64,000 nucleotides of DNA from Deferribacterales bacterium (GTDB lineage: Bacteria > Chrysiogenota > Deferribacteres > Deferribacterales > Geovibrionaceae), in assembly GCA_050253075.1 (NCBI GenBank), contig JBFWJS010000002.1:544001-608000 (forward strand), read 5' to 3'. Every line of letters starts with the position of its first letter. Position 1 is the first letter of the stretch. The translations under genes and the position numbers were made by a program. Below are positions 1 through 12,452 of this stretch, piece by piece. The notes below the pieces were generated by a model. It saw nothing but the letters and a program-made list of their open reading frames with translations, had not been told where the DNA came from and searched no databases.

Positions 1-3000
1 CAACCATGATGTTCGCACCGACAGGAAGAATGTATCTCTGGATGGTCTTGTTGTTTTCATCCTTGATAGAGATACGCGGCTGCTTCTTGCCTCTGGTGTT
101 GGCGATAACAACCTTCTGCGACAGACCTGTAATGGCGTCGATGTCTTCTTTAAGGGTTTCACCTTCGACGATATCGCCGAAAGCAACACGGCCTTTGAAT
201 TCTGTCATGATCACGGCTGCATACGGATCCCACTCAGCGATGAGCTCACCCTGTTTAACATTGTCGCCCTCTTTCACATGGAGCTTTGTACCGTATGATA
301 TATTGTATTTCTCAAGAACACGTCCGTCCGGATCCATGATCTTAAGTACACCGTTTCTGTTAAGAACGATAGGTTCGTTGTATCTGTTCTCTACAATCTT
401 CATCTCTTCAACAGCAATTCTACCGCCTATCTTAGCGTTAAGGCTTGACTGCTCCGCAGATGAGGAAGCCGCACCACCGATGTGGAAAGTTCTCATCGTA
501 AGCTGTGTACCGGGCTCACCGATAGACTGGGCAGCGATGATACCGACAGCTTCACCTGTTTCAACCTCACGGCGTGTCGCCAGGTCGAGACCGTAACAGC
601 TGCGGCATACGCCGTGCTTAGCTTCACATGTGAGAACAGAGCGAACTTTAACTCTGTCGATACCGGCTCTCTCGATCTTCTTAACAATGTCACCCGTGAT
701 GAGCGAGTTGCCTTCAACGATGAGTTCGTCAGTAACAGAGTCGTATATGTCTTCAAGAGTGTAACGTCCGTAGATACGCTCGCCGAGGGATTCCACAACT
801 TCGGAACCTTCCATAAGAGCAGTGATCTCGATACCCTTGATAGTTTCGCAATCGTCAACAGAGATGATAACGTCCTGAGAAACGTCAACAAGTCTTCTTG
901 TAAGGTAACCGGAGTTCGCTGTTTTAAGAGCTGTATCCGCAAGACCTTTACGAGCACCGTGAGTAGAGTTGAAGTACTGAAGTACTGTCAGACCTTCACG
1001 GAAGTTAGATACAATAGGTGTCTCGATGATCTCACCGGAAGGTTTCGCCATCAGACCTCTCATACCCGCAAGCTGTGATATCTGCGCCTTAGAACCCCTC
1101 GCACCTGAGTGCGCCATTACGTGGATAGGGTTATAGAAACGCTCACGCTTGTTCTCTTTAGACTTGTCACCGCCGATGCTCTGGATAGTTTTCATCAGCT
1201 TGTCAGTAATGATGTCGTTAGTTGTAGACCATGTATCGATTATCTGGTTGTAACGCTCACCTGATGTAAGTGCACCTTCACGGTAGTGCTCGTCGATCTC
1301 ACGAACTTTAGCATTCGCCTGATCGATGAGGTCCTGTTTCTCTTCAGGGATGATAAGGTCATCGATACAGATAGAGAAACCGGCATTAGCAGCCCATTTG
1401 AAACCGAGGTTTTTAAGAGCATCGAGGAAGTTAACCGTGTGGAAGTTACCGAGACGCTTGTAAACTGTGTCTACGAGTGTCACGAGGTCTTTCTTTCCGA
1501 ACAGTTTGTTTACGACATCGAACTCGATTCCCTCAGGAACAATGGAGTAAAGGATGATACGGCCCGGGATAGTATCGTAGTACTGTCCGTTGATACGTAC
1601 CTTTATTTCAGCGTGCATGTCGACCTTACCGTGGTCAAGGGCGATCATCACTTCGTTTGTGCTGGAGAATGTCTTGCCCGCACCTTTGGCGTTTCTCATC
1701 TCACGTGTGAGATAGTAGATACCGAGAACCATATCCTGTGTAGGAACAGCAAGCGGTTTACCGTGTGCAGGAGACAGAATGTTATAAGAAGCAAGCATAA
1801 GTGTACGTGCTTCAAGCTGTGCCTCGTATGAAAGAGGTACGTGTACGGCCATCTGGTCACCGTCGAAGTCGGCGTTGAACGCAGGACAAACGAGCGGGTG
1901 GAGACGGATAGCCTTACCCTCGATAAGTACGGGCTCGAAAGCCTGAATACCGAGTCTGTGCAGTGTGGGCGCACGGTTAAGCATTACAGGGTGTTCCCTG
2001 ATAACCTCTTCGAGTACGTCCCAAACCTCAGGTCTCTGCTCTTCAACCATCTTCTTAGCCTGCTTGATAGTGGAGGCGATACCGCGCTCTTTCTCAAGTT
2101 TGTAGTAGAGGAACGGTTTGAAAAGCTCAAGAGCCATTATCTTAGGGATACCACACTGGTTCATGTTCAGCGTAGGACCAGCAACGATAACGGAACGTCC
2201 TGAGTAGTCAACCCTTTTACCAAGAAGGTTCTGACGGAAACGACCCTGCTTACCCTTGATCATGTCTGAAAGGGATTTAAGAGGACGCTTGTTAGAGCTT
2301 CTGATAACTCTTCCGCGGCGACCGTTATCAAACAGAGCATCTACCGCTTCCTGAAGCATACGCTTCTCGTTTCTGATGATGATCTCAGGTGCGTTAAGCT
2401 CCATAAGTTTCTTCAGACGGTTGTTTCTGTTGATAACCCTTCTGTAAAGGTCGTTAAGGTCGGATGTCGCAAAACGTCCGCCGTCGAGAGGAACAAGTGG
2501 ACGAAGCTCCGGCGGAATAACCGGAAGAACGTCGAGGATCATCCACTCAGGCTTGTTGCCGGACTTTCTGAAAGCCTCTACGACTCTCAGACGTTTAGCC
2601 AGCTTCAGCTTTTTCTGCATGGATGTTGTATCGCGGAGTTCCTCTTTCAGCTCTATGAGGAGAAGGTCAAGGTCAACCTTTTTCAGGAGATCCTTGATAG
2701 CCTCAGCACCAATCTTCGCTTCGAAAGACCCTACGCCGAGCTCCTCGATGAGCTTTCTGTATCTGTCCTCTGTAAGGAGCTCGCGCTCTTTCAGAGGTGT
2801 GTTTTTAGGATCAGTCACAATGTATGACTCGAAATAGATGATTCTCTCGATATCTTTGATAGAGAGGTCAAGTATAGAGCCGATACGGCTTGGTGTTCCC
2901 TTGAAGAACCAGATGTGACAAACAGGAGAAGCAAGGTCGATGTGACCCATTCTCTCACGTCTGACTTTAGACTGAATAACCTCAACACCACACTTCTCAC

Positions 3001-3256
3001 ATACGATGCCTCTGTGCTTCATACGTTTGTATTTACCGCAGAGACACTCCCAGTCCTTTACAGGTCCGAATATCTTCGCACAGAAGAGACCGTCCCTTTC
3101 AGGTTTGAAAGTACGATAGTTGATAGTTTCAGGTTTTGTCACTTCACCGGAAGACCATGAAAGGATCTTTTCAGGGGAAGCTATCTTGATGCGTATAGCA
3201 TCAAAGAACTGTGATTTTTCGCTATTATTATCTAAGGTACTCATTCTATTTTCCAT
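1..3256 (-). CDS. rpoC: RNA polymerase beta' subunit (truncated by left window edge)
   Basis: Manual translation from ATG 3256 (alternative ATG 3244): MENRMSTLD...[41 protein letters not shown]; catalytic NADFDGD near 1860-1880; [18 protein letters not shown] near 480-540. Absent from the ORF track because no stop lies inside the window. Confidence 0.99.
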   Translation of the reverse strand, partial: MENRMSTLDNNSEKSQFFDAIRIKIASPEKILSWSSGEVTKPETINYRTFKPERDGLFCAKIFGPVKDWECLCGKYKRMKHRGIVCEKCGVEVIQSKVRRERMGHIDLASPVCHIWFFKGTPSRIGSILDLSIKDIERIIYFESYIVTDPKNTPLKERELLTEDRYRKLIEELGVGSFEAKIGAEAIKDLLKKVDLDLLLIELKEELRDTTSMQKKLKLAKRLRVVEAFRKSGNKPEWMILDVLPVIPPELRPLVPLDGGRFATSDLNDLYRRVINRNNRLKKLMELNAPEIIIRNEKRMLQEAVDALFDNGRRGRVIRSSNKRPLKSLSDMIKGKQGRFRQNLLGKRVDYSGRSVIVAGPTLNMNQCGIPKIMALELFKPFLYYKLEKERGIASTIKQAKKMVEEQRPEVWDVLEEVIREHPVMLNRAPTLHRLGIQAFEPVLIEGKAIRLHPLVCPAFNADFDGDQMAVHVPLSYEAQLEARTLMLASYNILSPAHGKPLAVPTQDMVLGIYYLTREMRNAKGAGKTFSSTNEVMIALDHGKVDMHAEIKVRINGQYYDTIPGRIILYSIVPEGIEFDVVNKLFGKKDLVTLVDTVYKRLGNFHTVNFLDALKNLGFKWAANAGFSICIDDLIIPEEKQDLIDQANAKVREIDEHYREGALTSGERYNQIIDTWSTTNDIITDKLMKTIQSIGGDKSKENKRERFYNPIHVMAHSGARGSKAQISQLAGMRGLMAKPSGEIIETPIVSNFREGLTVLQYFNSTHGARKGLADTALKTANSGYLTRRLVDVSQDVIISVDDCETIKGIEITALMEGSEVVESLGERIYGRYTLEDIYDSVTDELIVEGNSLITGDIVKKIERAGIDRVKVRSVLTCEAKHGVCRSCYGLDLATRREVETGEAVGIIAAQSIGEPGTQLTMRTFHIGGAASSSAEQSSLNAKIGGRIAVEEMKIVENRYNEPIVLNRNGVLKIMDPDGRVLEKYNISYGTKLHVKEGDNVKQGELIAEWDPYAAVIMTEFKGRVAFGDIVEGETLKEDIDAITGLSQKVVIANTRGKKQPRISIKDENNKTIQRYILPVGANIMV

Positions 3257-6200
3257 TATGAGTCCTCCATATTATCATCGTCATCATCTTTGTTAAGCTC
3301 ATCTTCAGGAAGCTCAAGAACACCGTCTGCATTAGTAGAGAGCAGTTCCATGTCGAGAGCAAGACCCTGAAGCTCTTTGATAAGAACGTTGAATGACTCA
3401 GGCATGCTAGGAGTGAAGCTGAAGTTACCGTTAACGATAGCCTCGTAAACTGTTGTACGTCCTTCAACGTCGTCGGACTTAACAGTAAGCATCTCCTGAA
3501 GTACGTTAGCCGCACCGTATGCCTCGAGTGCCCAAACCTCCATCTCTCCGAGACGCTGACCACCGAACTGTGCTTTACCACCGAGCGGCTGCTGTGTAAC
3601 GAGAGAGTATGGTCCGGTCGAACGAGCGTGCAGCTTAGTATCGACAAGGTGGTGAAGTTTCAGGATGTACATGACACCGACTGTAACTTCCTGCTCGAAG
3701 CGCTCGCCTGTACGTCCGTCGTAAAGGATCGTCTGGCCGTCTTCCTGGAATCCTGCATCAACGAGAAGCTCTTTGATGTCGGATTCGCGTGCACCGTCGA
3801 ATACTTCAGTAGCGAATTTCTGACCGAGTTTACGGCCTGCCCATCCGAGGTGAACTTCGAGAACCTGTCCAACGTTCATACGTGATGGAACCGCAAGCGG
3901 GTTCATAACCACATCGACCGGTGTACCGTCAGGGAGGTAAGGCATGTCTTCCTGAGGAAGAATTCTGGAAACAACACCCTTGTTACCGTGACGTCCCGCC
4001 ATTTTGTCACCGACGGAGAGCTTACGCTTGATAGCTACATATACTTTTACGGATTTAAGAACACCGGCCGGGAGCTCGTCGCCCTTCTCAACCTTTTTCT
4101 TCTTATCTTTGTAATAGTCTTCGGCTGCCTGTACTTTTTCAAAGTAGCTTCCGTTGACTTTCTGTATATGAGCTTCAAATTCGCTCTGTTCGTCTATTTC
4201 TATCTGGATAAGGTCTGTGTAAAGGAGGTCTTTAAGAACTTCCTCTGTGATAACAGTCCCCTTACCGAATTTTACTTCGTTGTTTGAGTATTCAGCTTTC
4301 AGCTTCTTACCGATGAGGAAGGAGCCGATCATGTCGTTTCTGGACTTTTCGAGTGCTTTGAGCTCTCTTTCGTAGTCCTTCTGGATAGCTGCATACTCAG
4401 CTTTTTCGATCATCTCTGTTCTGGAGTCTTTTTCGATACCGCGTCTTGTCATTACCTGTACGTCTACGACAGTACCAGTGATGCTAGGCGGAACTCTGAG
4501 AGATGCATCTTTAACATCGCCGGCCTTCTCGCCGAAGATAGCTCTGAGGAGTTTCTCTTCAGGTGTGGCCTGTGTCTCACCCTTAGGTGTGACTTTACCT
4601 ACGAGGATGTCTCTAGGCTTGACCCTTGCACCGATGCGGATGATACCTGATTCGTCGAGGTCTTTAAGAGCCTCATCGGAAACGTTAGGTATATCTGCTG
4701 TGATCTCTTCAGGTCCGAGCTTAGTATCTCTTGCCTCTATCTCGAACTCTTCGATGTGGATAGATGTGTATCTGTCCTCACGAACAACGTTCTCAGATAT
4801 AAGGATGGAGTCCTCGTAGTTGTAACCCATCCAAGGCATGAATGCGAGAACCATGTTCTGGCCGAGGGCGAGCTCACCGTTATCGGTGGCAGGTCCGCCT
4901 GCGAGCATGGATCCTTTAACAACTTTTTCGCCCGGTTTAACGATAGGCTTATAGTTGATGCATGTGTCCTGGTTGGATCTTCTGTATTTTACAAGATCGT
5001 ATACGTCGATACCGAATTCGTCACCGTCCTGGTATCTGACTGCGATCTTAGCAGAGTCGATATATTCGATAACTCCCGGTCTCTTGGCTGTGATAACAGC
5101 ACCGGAGTCGACAGCTACCTTGCCCTCCATACCTGTACCTACGATAGGAGAGTCTGTACGAACGAGCGGAACAGCCTGACGCTGCATGTTCGATCCCATG
5201 AGCGCACGGTTCGCGTCGTCATGCTCAAGGAATGGGATGAGCGCAGCAGAAACAGAAACCATCTGCTTAGGAGAAATGTCCATAAGAGTAATAGTCTCTT
5301 TCTCTGTCTGAATAGGCTCACCTTCGTGTCTTGCAGCTACGAAATCTCTGATGAATGTGCCGTCAGGGTTAAGAGGTGCGTTCGCCTGAGCGATGTAGTA
5401 ATCCTCTTCCTCGATAGCAGACATATAGACAACTTCGTCTGTTACTCTTCCGTCTTCTACCTTTCTGTACGGCGTCTCGATGAAACCGTACTCATTCACT
5501 TTCGCGAATGTTGTAAGAGATGTGATAAGACCGATGTTTGGTCCTTCAGGTGTCTCAATAGGGCAGATACGTCCGTAGTGGGATGTATGTACGTCTCGAA
5601 CTTCGAAGCCGGCTCTGTCACGGTTAAGACCGCCAGGTCCGAGAGCAGAAAGCCTTCTCTTGTGAGTGATCTCACTGAGCGGGTTAGTCTGGTCCATGAA
5701 CTGGGAGAGCTGATAGCTTCCGAAGAATTCTTTGATAGATGCAGACAGAGGCTTAGCATTGAGAAGATCCTGCGGTGTGAGGTCCTCTACGTCCTGAATG
5801 CTCATACGCTCTTTAACAGTCTTTTCCATTCTGGAGAGACCGATGCGGATGTGGTTCTGGAGCTGTTCGCCTGCTGCTCTTACCCTTCTGTGGCCAAGGT
5901 GGTCTATGTCGTCCACTCTGTCGAGTCCTTTACGGATATTCTCAAGAACACGTACAGTCTCAACAATGTCCTCTTTTGTAAGGGTAGTCGTGTCGAGGTC
6001 TACTTCGAGACCAAGACGTTTGTTTATTTTAAGACGACCAACTTTAGAGAGGTCGTATCTTTTCGGGTTAAAGAAAAGGTTGTCGAAGAGAGTCTTAGCT
6101 GTCTCCTCTGTGGCAGGTTCACCAGGACGAAGTTTCTTATAGATATCTATGAGGGCTTCTTCCTGAGTTTTAACCTTGTCAACAGCGAGGATGTCTCTCA

Positions 6201-7254
6201 TTACTGAGTCAGATGTAAGTCTGTCGATGAAAAGAACCTTGAATTCTTTGATTCTGTTCTCGTGAAGTCTTTCGATCATCTCTTCGCTCATAGCCGTGTT
6301 TGCTTCGATGACTACTTCACCGTCGGCAGAAACAACATCTTCAGCGAAGAATGTGTGCTCGATGTCCTCAAGAGTAACTGGGATCTTTTCGATCTCGGCT
6401 TTCACCATTCTCTTTCTGGCAGCCTTTGTTATCTTGTGGTTAGCCTTAACGACAACATTTCCTTCTTTATCGAGGATATCAAGGCTGTTGCGGAGGCCGA
6501 GGACTATGTCCTCATTAAAGTTTTTGAAAAGAGTGTCACGATCGCCGAAAGTGACTGTCTCTTTGGTATAGTAAGTATCGAGGATATCCTGCTCTGAATA
6601 ACCGAGAGCTTTAAGCAGAACAGTTACCGGGATCTTACGCTTTTTATCGATCCTTACATACATTATGTTTTTAGAATCGAAGTCGAAATCTATCCATGAA
6701 CCCCTGTAAGGGATTATTCTCGCACTGAAGAGGTGTTTTTCCATTACACCTTTGGATGCAGTGAGGTCTTCGAAGAAGATACCTGGAGAACGGTGGAGCT
6801 GACTTACGATAACTCTTTCAACACCGTTGATTACAAATGTTCCTCTGTCTGTCATCATAGGTATATCGCAGAGATAAACCTCTGATTCCTTGGCAGAGAC
6901 AACCATCTTCTCGCCTGTTTCCTCATTTACGTCGTGTGTTACCAGCCTGACCTTTATCTTTAGCGGCGCAGCAAATGTTGTGCTGCGGTCGATGGCCTCA
7001 CCGGGAGTATACTTATATTTTTCAATACTATAGCTTATATACTCCAATACCGCAGTTTCATTAAAGTCGGTAATTGGGAAAATTTCACGGAACACTTCCT
7101 CCAGTCCTTTAACGGCTCTGTCTTCGATAGACACGCCTGACTGAAGAAAATCAACATAAGAATCTCTTTGAACCTCTATGAGGTCTGGAATATCAATAAC
7201 CTTCTGAATTCTAGAAAAGTTACGTCTCTCGGTGGGTTTGCTGGTCAAATTCAT
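3256..7254 (-). CDS. rpoB: RNA polymerase beta subunit
   Basis: Motifs [39 protein letters not shown]. Start moved to ATG 7254 (MNLTSK), preceded by RBS GGAAGGTG. Confidence 0.99.
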   Translation of the reverse strand: MNLTSKPTERRNFSRIQKVIDIPDLIEVQRDSYVDFLQSGVSIEDRAVKGLEEVFREIFPITDFNETAVLEYISYSIEKYKYTPGEAIDRSTTFAAPLKIKVRLVTHDVNEETGEKMVVSAKESEVYLCDIPMMTDRGTFVINGVERVIVSQLHRSPGIFFEDLTASKGVMEKHLFSARIIPYRGSWIDFDFDSKNIMYVRIDKKRKIPVTVLLKALGYSEQDILDTYYTKETVTFGDRDTLFKNFNEDIVLGLRNSLDILDKEGNVVVKANHKITKAARKRMVKAEIEKIPVTLEDIEHTFFAEDVVSADGEVVIEANTAMSEEMIERLHENRIKEFKVLFIDRLTSDSVMRDILAVDKVKTQEEALIDIYKKLRPGEPATEETAKTLFDNLFFNPKRYDLSKVGRLKINKRLGLEVDLDTTTLTKEDIVETVRVLENIRKGLDRVDDIDHLGHRRVRAAGEQLQNHIRIGLSRMEKTVKERMSIQDVEDLTPQDLLNAKPLSASIKEFFGSYQLSQFMDQTNPLSEITHKRRLSALGPGGLNRDRAGFEVRDVHTSHYGRICPIETPEGPNIGLITSLTTFAKVNEYGFIETPYRKVEDGRVTDEVVYMSAIEEEDYYIAQANAPLNPDGTFIRDFVAARHEGEPIQTEKETITLMDISPKQMVSVSAALIPFLEHDDANRALMGSNMQRQAVPLVRTDSPIVGTGMEGKVAVDSGAVITAKRPGVIEYIDSAKIAVRYQDGDEFGIDVYDLVKYRRSNQDTCINYKPIVKPGEKVVKGSMLAGGPATDNGELALGQNMVLAFMPWMGYNYEDSILISENVVREDRYTSIHIEEFEIEARDTKLGPEEITADIPNVSDEALKDLDESGIIRIGARVKPRDILVGKVTPKGETQATPEEKLLRAIFGEKAGDVKDASLRVPPSITGTVVDVQVMTRRGIEKDSRTEMIEKAEYAAIQKDYERELKALEKSRNDMIGSFLIGKKLKAEYSNNEVKFGKGTVITEEVLKDLLYTDLIQIEIDEQSEFEAHIQKVNGSYFEKVQAAEDYYKDKKKKVEKGDELPAGVLKSVKVYVAIKRKLSVGDKMAGRHGNKGVVSRILPQEDMPYLPDGTPVDVVMNPLAVPSRMNVGQVLEVHLGWAGRKLGQKFATEVFDGARESDIKELLVDAGFQEDGQTILYDGRTGERFEQEVTVGVMYILKLHHLVDTKLHARSTGPYSLVTQQPLGGKAQFGGQRLGEMEVWALEAYGAANVLQEMLTVKSDDVEGRTTVYEAIVNGNFSFTPSMPESFNVLIKELQGLALDMELLSTNADGVLELPEDELNKDDDDDNMEDS

Positions 7255-7277
7255 TCGTTTCACCTTCCGGTAATTTT

Positions 7278-7310
7278 TAAACGAAAGACGGGGGAGCGCT
7301 GGCTCCCCCA
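7278..7310 (-). terminator. rplL-rpoB attenuator-like hairpin
   Basis: Minus strand GGGGGAGC-CAGC-GCTCCCCC followed by GTCTTTCGTTT, between rplL and rpoB as in other bacteria. Confidence 0.65.
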
Positions 7311-7346
7311 TACTATTAATGCTTTAATATCAGTAGTTTACTGAAA

Positions 7347-7727
7347 TTACTTAATTGTTACGCTTGCGCCGGCTTCTTCAACTTTAGCTTTGATGTCTTC
7401 AGCTTCAGCTTTAGAGATGCCTTCTTTGATAGGAGCAGGAGCGCCGTCTACAAGAGCTTTTGCTTCTTTAAGTCCGAGACCTGTGATCTCTCTTACAACT
7501 TTGATAACGCCTACTTTTTTGTCGCCTGCAGCAGTAAGTTCAACAGTGAACTCTGTCTGCTCTTCAGCTGCAGCAGTTTCGCCGCCAGCAGCAGGACCAG
7601 CCATCATAGCAACTGGAGCAGCTGGAGATACGCCGAACTTGTCTTCAAGTTCTTTTACGAGCTCAGCAAGCTCGATTACAGTCATATTTTCGATAAATTC
7701 AATTACTTGTTCTTTAGTTACTGACAT
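7347..7727 (-). CDS. rplL: 50S ribosomal protein L7/L12
   Basis: [27 protein letters not shown]; position in operon. Confidence 0.99.
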   Translation of the reverse strand: MSVTKEQVIEFIENMTVIELAELVKELEDKFGVSPAAPVAMMAGPAAGGETAAAEEQTEFTVELTAAGDKKVGVIKVVREITGLGLKEAKALVDGAPAPIKEGISKAEAEDIKAKVEEAGASVTIK

Positions 7728-7741
7728 TTTGTCTCTCCTGA

Positions 7742-8260
7742 TTAGTTATCTTTTTTATCTTTCACAGCGGTCAACACGTTAAGCAGACTTCTTGGTATGT
7801 TCGCAAGAAGAGAAACGAAGTTGGACACAGGAGCGTTCATGCTGCCCAGCATTTTTGCAAGCAGCTCTTCGCGGCTTGGCAGATCTGCCAGAACATTTAC
7901 ATCGTTTGCTGTGAGCGCGTTTCCATCGAGGAAACCCGCTTTGATTTGAAACTTATCAAAGTCTTTAGCGTACTTTTTGATAACTTTAGCGACAGCGGCA
8001 ACGTCGCCAGTTACGATAGCACATGCTGTAGGCTCTACGAGGTATGAATCCATAGAGCTTATTTCGTTGTTATTAAGAGCAATTTTCAATAGCGTGTTCT
8101 TGACTACTTTGAAATCGCTTCCACTTTCTTTGATCTTTGTACGTATAGCAGTCTGCTGTACGTATGTAAGACCTTTGTAGTTTGTCAAAAACAGCGCATC
8201 TGACTCTTTTATTTGAGCGGTTAAGTCCGCTACAAGTTGTTGTTTATCAGCTTTTTTCAC
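7742..8260 (-). CDS. rplJ: 50S ribosomal protein L10
   Basis: [23 protein letters not shown]. Start moved to GTG 8260 after RBS GGAGG. Confidence 0.98.
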   Translation of the reverse strand: MKKADKQQLVADLTAQIKESDALFLTNYKGLTYVQQTAIRTKIKESGSDFKVVKNTLLKIALNNNEISSMDSYLVEPTACAIVTGDVAAVAKVIKKYAKDFDKFQIKAGFLDGNALTANDVNVLADLPSREELLAKMLGSMNAPVSNFVSLLANIPRSLLNVLTAVKDKKDN

Positions 8261-8271
8261 GCTGTTCCTCC

Positions 8272-8362
8272 GTTTCCGGTTGTATATCAACCGGTTTCCG
8301 CAGGGGTGTTTACACACATCCTAAGATGAGATACCTGCTTCTTTAACCAGAATTAGTCTCTG
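8272..8362 (-). promoter_or_regulatory. L10 leader (autoregulatory RNA)
   Basis: Minus strand GGTTAAAGAAGCAGG...TAAACACCCCTGCGGAAACC resembles the L10(L12)4-binding leader; directly upstream of rplJ. Confidence 0.7.
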
Positions 8363-8366
8363 TTTA

Positions 8367-9068
8367 TTACAGTTCGTTCACTAGTTTGTGGTGGTCAAGT
8401 TTGACCCTGGGGCCCATTGTTGCAGAAATATACATGCCCCTTACATAATGCCCTTTGGCACTTGCCGGCTTCAGCTTGACTAGTGTGTCAAGCAGCGCTT
8501 TGATGTTTTCCATCAGCTTGCCGTTCTCAAAAGATTTTTTGCCGACTACTGAGTGGATAATACCCATTTTGTCGACTCTGAATTCGATCATACCTGCTTT
8601 AAGCTCTTTAACAACTTTAGCAACATCTGCTGTTACTGTACCGACTTTGGGGTTAGGCATAAGACCGCGTGGTCCGAGCACCTTACCAAGTTTACCCACC
8701 TGAGCCATCATGTCAGGGGTTGCCACAACTTTGTCAAAGTCTGTCCAGCCGCCCTGGACCTTTTCGATAAGTTCGTCATCACCGACGTAATCTGCGCCGG
8801 CTTCCTGTGCGTCTTTCTGTTTCTCGCCTTTACAAAATACAAGAACCTTTACGTCGCGTCCTGTACCGTGGGGAAGACTAACTGAGCCACGAACCATCTG
8901 ATCAGCGTGCTTAGGGTTTACACCAAGCTTAATAGCTATATCGATAGTTTCGTCGAATTTTGCGAATGCGGCTTCCTTAGCGAGAGCGATAGCCTCTTCC
9001 AGGTCGTAAGATCTTTCAGCGTCGATCTTAGCAGAGGCAGCCTGGTACTGTTTTCCTCTTTTAGCCAT
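8367..9068 (-). CDS. rplA: 50S ribosomal protein L1
   Basis: [22 protein letters not shown]. Confidence 0.99.
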   Translation of the reverse strand: MAKRGKQYQAASAKIDAERSYDLEEAIALAKEAAFAKFDETIDIAIKLGVNPKHADQMVRGSVSLPHGTGRDVKVLVFCKGEKQKDAQEAGADYVGDDELIEKVQGGWTDFDKVVATPDMMAQVGKLGKVLGPRGLMPNPKVGTVTADVAKVVKELKAGMIEFRVDKMGIIHSVVGKKSFENGKLMENIKALLDTLVKLKPASAKGHYVRGMYISATMGPRVKLDHHKLVNEL

Positions 9069-9078
9069 GATTCACCTC

Positions 9079-9504
9079 TTATAAATCTGTTGTGATGCCC
9101 ATACTGCGGGCTGAGCCTGCAACGATTTTCATCGCCTGCTCTACATCGTTTGTGTTCAGGTCGGGGAGTTTGATCTCCGCGATCTTTTTCAGCTGATCGT
9201 TTGTCAGGTGTCCTGCGACAGCCTTACCGGGTGTCTGAGACGCTGACTGAATGTTCAGCTCCTTCTTGATCAGGTTAGACACGGGTGGAGTCTTAGTGAT
9301 GAAGCTAAAGCTTCTGTCTTCATACACTGTAATGATTACAGGGATGATGTTGTCACCGAGGCTCTGTGTCTCTGCGTTGAAGGCCTTGCAAAAATCCATG
9401 ATGTTGACACCACGCTGACCCAGCGCTGGACCAACAGGAGGAGAAGGGTTTGCCTTTCCTGCCGGAATCTGGAGTTTAAGCTGACCTGTGACTTTCTTGG
9501 CCAT
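9079..9504 (-). CDS. rplK: 50S ribosomal protein L11
   Basis: [26 protein letters not shown]. Confidence 0.99.
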   Translation of the reverse strand: MAKKVTGQLKLQIPAGKANPSPPVGPALGQRGVNIMDFCKAFNAETQSLGDNIIPVIITVYEDRSFSFITKTPPVSNLIKKELNIQSASQTPGKAVAGHLTNDQLKKIAEIKLPDLNTNDVEQAMKIVAGSARSMGITTDL

Positions 9505-9645
9505 TTATAAACCTCCGGTTTGTCTTAAACCTTAGTTTTTTCTATCAGAGCCGCAGCTCTGTAGTTCACATGCGCAAAAGGGCAAACCTGCACTAGCAAG
9601 TTTGCTCCCTTGTATACTTATCGTTCACCCGAAAGGGGTAGAACG

Positions 9646-10170
9646 TTATCCAACTCTTTTAACCTGCAGATAATCAAGCTCTACAGGAGTTTGTCTTCCG
9701 AAGATACTTACGATAACGCGTACCTTCTCTTTTTCAGGGTTAACCTCTTCAACAACACCTGTGAATCCGAGGAAAGGTCCGTCTATAACCTCAACAGTAT
9801 CACCGTCAACATATTTAGAGGCAATACGTGGAGATTCAGACTTGGCAAGGTCTATCATAGCCTTAACATCATGCTCCGGGATCGGAACAGGGTTGATGCC
9901 GCCGACAAAACCTGTAACCTTTGGTATGCTTTTTACGACATGCCAGTTAGTTGTGCTCATTTCCATGTGCACAAGGATATAGCCGGGGAAGGTCTTCTTC
10001 TTACTGACCTTCTTCTTACCCTTTTTAAGCTCTATGACGTCTTCGGTAGGGATGAGAACATCATCTATTTGATCTTCCAGCTTTTCATTCTTCACTTTTT
10101 CCTCAAGGAGCGTAACTACACGCTTCTCGAAGCCGGAATAAGTGTGAACCACATACCACTGTTTTGCCAT
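9646..10170 (-). CDS. nusG: Transcription termination/antitermination factor NusG
   Basis: WYVVHTYSGFE, FPGYILV, KOW motif VIDGPF..FTG, IFGRQTPVEL. Confidence 0.99.
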   Translation of the reverse strand: MAKQWYVVHTYSGFEKRVVTLLEEKVKNEKLEDQIDDVLIPTEDVIELKKGKKKVSKKKTFPGYILVHMEMSTTNWHVVKSIPKVTGFVGGINPVPIPEHDVKAMIDLAKSESPRIASKYVDGDTVEVIDGPFLGFTGVVEEVNPEKEKVRVIVSIFGRQTPVELDYLQVKRVG

Positions 10171-10180
10171 GTTTATCTAC

Positions 10181-10360
10181 CTAGTATATAAACTGAGTTA
10201 TCTTTGCGAGTCCGAAGTCAACTATACCCATGAACACAGCGCAGACAACGCATATAGCGATAACAACGCCTGTTGTTCCGATAGTAGATTCCTTAGTAGG
10301 CCATACTACTTTCTTGAGCTCATCTTTAACTTCATTATAAAACGCAGACCATTTGCCCAT
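10181..10360 (-). CDS. secE: Preprotein translocase subunit SecE (59 aa, below ORF-track cutoff)
   Basis: Manual translation MGKWSAFYNEVKDELKKVVWPTKESTIGTTGVVIAICVVCAVFMGIVDFGLAKITQFIY; ELKKVVWP motif; lies between tRNA-Trp and nusG. Confidence 0.97.
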   Translation of the reverse strand: MGKWSAFYNEVKDELKKVVWPTKESTIGTTGVVIAICVVCAVFMGIVDFGLAKITQFIY

Positions 10361-10391
10361 ATTTAAAACTCGTTTTTTTAAAAGGATTTAA

Positions 10392-10467
10392 TGGCAGGCC
10401 AGAGAAGACTCGAACTTCCAACCCCCGGTTTTGGAGACCGGTGCTCTGCCAATTGAGCTACTAGCCT
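10392..10467 (-). tRNA. tRNA-Trp(CCA)
   Basis: AGGCTAGTAGCTCAATTGGCAGAGCACCGGTCTCCAAAACCGGGGGTTGGAAGTTCGAGTCTTCTCTGGCCTGCCA; cloverleaf with 3' CCA encoded. Confidence 0.97.
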
Positions 10468-10489
10468 GCAATCCTTTTGTATTCATTAA

Positions 10490-10515
10490 GCAGCGGCAGT
10501 TTTAGCTGCCGCTGC
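10490..10515. other. GC-rich 10-bp hairpin between rpmG and tRNA-Trp
   Basis: GCAGCGGCAG-TTTTAG-CTGCCGCTGC perfect inverted repeat; only a weak U tract, so a processing or stabilising role is as likely as termination. Confidence 0.5.
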
Positions 10516-10528
10516 AAACTTAACTAAA

Positions 10529-10678
10529 TTACTTAGTCTCTTTATGAAGAGTGTGCTTTCTGTCAGTACGACAGTATTTCATCAACTCCAGCTTACCAGT
10601 CATAGTTTTCTTATTCTTGGTAGTTGTGTAGTTTCTGTTTTTACACTCAGTACATGCGAGAATAACTTTATCTCTCAT
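10529..10678 (-). CDS. rpmG: 50S ribosomal protein L33 (49 aa, Zn-ribbon type)
   Basis: Manual translation [49 protein letters not shown]. Confidence 0.98.
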   Translation of the reverse strand: MRDKVILACTECKNRNYTTTKNKKTMTGKLELMKYCRTDRKHTLHKETK

Positions 10679-10682
10679 TATA

Positions 10683-11867
10683 TTACTCCGATATTTCTGT
10701 TACAACACCGGCGCCGACTGTTCTACCACCCTCACGGATAGCGAAACGAAGACCAGCATCCATTGCGATTGGAGTGATAAGCTCCACGTCACAAGATATG
10801 TTGTCACCAGGCATTACCATCTCTACTCCCTCTGGAAGTGCGATGATTCCTGTTACGTCTGTTGTTCTGAAGTAGAACTGTGGACGGTAACCTGTGAAGA
10901 ATGGGGTATGACGGCCGCCTTCCTCTTTTGTAAGGATGTAAGCTTCTGCCTTAAACTTCTTATGTGGTGTGATAGAACCTGGTTTAGCAAGAACTTGTCC
11001 ACGCTCAACATCGTCTTTCTTAATACCACGAAGAAGGATACCTACGTTGTCACCAGCCTCACCTTGGTCAAGAAGCTTACGGAACATTTCTACTCCGGTT
11101 ACTACTGTCTTAACTGTGTCTTTGATACCAACGATCTCGATCTCTTCACCAACCTTTACTATACCGCGCTCAATACGACCTGTTACTACTGTACCACGGC
11201 CGGAGATAGAGAACACGTCCTCGATTGGCATAATAAATGGTTTATCTATGTCACGCTCTGGCTCTGGGATGTAGTCATCAAGAGCTTGTACAAGCTCGAT
11301 GATCTTCTCTTCCCATGCTGCATCGCCTTCAAGGGCTTTAAGAGCGGAACCCTGGATGATTGGTGTATCATCACCGGGGAATTCGTAAGCAGACAGAAGG
11401 TCGCGGATCTCAAGCTCTACAAGCTCAAGAAGCTCTTCGTCGTCTACCATGTCGCATTTGTTCATGAATACTACGATTGTAGGCACTCCTACCTGACGTG
11501 CAAGAAGGATGTGCTCACGTGTCTGAGGCATTGGGCCGTCAGATGCGCTTACTACAAGTATAGCGCCGTCCATCTGCGCTGCACCTGTGATCATGTTCTT
11601 AACGTAGTCGGCGTGACCTGGACAGTCTACGTGTGCGTAGTGACGAATCTGGGACTCGTACTCTACGTGTGCTGTCGCAATAGTAATACCACGCTCGCGC
11701 TCCTCCGGAGCCTTGTCAATGTTAGCGAAGTCTACAGCCTGGCAGAAACCGCGTTTAGCAAGTACTGCTGTCATTGCTGCTGTAAGAGTTGTTTTACCGT
11801 GGTCAACGTGACCGATTGTACCCACGTTAACGTGAGGTTTCTTTCTCTCAAATTTTTCCTTAGCCAT
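10683..11867 (-). CDS. tuf: Elongation factor Tu
   Basis: [28 protein letters not shown]. Confidence 0.99.
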   Translation of the reverse strand: MAKEKFERKKPHVNVGTIGHVDHGKTTLTAAMTAVLAKRGFCQAVDFANIDKAPEERERGITIATAHVEYESQIRHYAHVDCPGHADYVKNMITGAAQMDGAILVVSASDGPMPQTREHILLARQVGVPTIVVFMNKCDMVDDEELLELVELEIRDLLSAYEFPGDDTPIIQGSALKALEGDAAWEEKIIELVQALDDYIPEPERDIDKPFIMPIEDVFSISGRGTVVTGRIERGIVKVGEEIEIVGIKDTVKTVVTGVEMFRKLLDQGEAGDNVGILLRGIKKDDVERGQVLAKPGSITPHKKFKAEAYILTKEEGGRHTPFFTGYRPQFYFRTTDVTGIIALPEGVEMVMPGDNISCDVELITPIAMDAGLRFAIREGGRTVGAGVVTEISE

Positions 11868-11891
11868 CTTGATCTATCCTCCTCAAGTTAA

Positions 11892-11965
<74 letters not shown>

Positions 11966-12034
11966 AATATAAAAAAAAACAGACGTAACGGTATCGTCCG
12001 TCCTGATTTTTTATAAAAACCACTTAAAAAAAAG

Positions 12035-12108
12035 AGCGGGTAACGGGACTCGAACCCGTGACCCTCAGCTTGGAAGGCTGATGCTCTAGCCAACTGAGCT
12101 ACACCCGC
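12035..12108 (-). tRNA. tRNA-Gly(TCC)
   Basis: GCGGGTG...TCAGC-CTTCCAA-GCTGA...GGTTCGAGTCC...TACCCGC; no encoded CCA. Confidence 0.96.
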
Positions 12109-12117
12109 TTTAAAAAA

Positions 12118-12200
12118 TGGGGAGAGAAGGATTCGAACCTTCGAAGTCATACGACAACAGGTTTACAGCCTGCCCCCTTTGGCCACTTGGGTATCTCCCC
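12118..12200 (-). tRNA. tRNA-Tyr(GTA)
   Basis: GGGGAGA...CAGG-CTGTAAA-CCTG, long variable arm, GGTTCGAATCC, TCTCCCC-A; no separate CCA tail. Confidence 0.96.
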
Positions 12201-12269
12201 TTTACGTGCTCCGGCGTTAACCGGCCAGCCAGTCTAAAAACCCTGTGGGTTCTTAGCTTTAAAAAGAAA

Positions 12270-12342
12270 AGCTGGTGATAGGACTTGAACCTACAACCTA
12301 CTGATTACAAGTCAGTTGCTCTACCGTTTGAGCTACACCAGC
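12270..12342 (-). tRNA. tRNA-Thr(TGT)
   Basis: GCTGGTG...ACTGA-CTTGTAA-TCAGT...GGTTCAAGTCC...CACCAGC; first gene of a thrU-tyrU-glyT-thrT-tufB-like operon. Confidence 0.96.
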
Positions 12343-12368
12343 CTGTGTCCGCATTGAAGCGGAGGCAA

Positions 12369-12397
12369 ATACTATAATCTAACGTAAAATATGTCAA
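12369..12397 (-). promoter_or_regulatory. sigma70 promoter of the tRNA-tuf operon
   Basis: TTGACA-N17-TAGTAT followed by GC-rich discriminator-like TTGCCTCCGC; A-rich upstream element. Confidence 0.8.
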
Positions 12398-12452
12398 GCA
12401 TTTTGTTAGATTTTTTTTTAAACTTTTTCAAGTTATGTCCGAAGGCTTGCTG

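Noticed and set aside
6..6597. Long + strand ORFs (e.g. 4756-6207, 482-1078) and short alternative minus-frame ORFs over rpoBC
   Set aside because: Shadow ORFs caused by codon bias of highly conserved genes; no independent motifs. The same applies to shadows over tuf, proS, hslU, argG and others.
1..7254. Inteins or introns in rpoB/rpoC
   Set aside because: RpoC motifs fall at the expected residue numbers (NADFDGD near 460, GEPGTQ near 915) and RpoB is of normal length.
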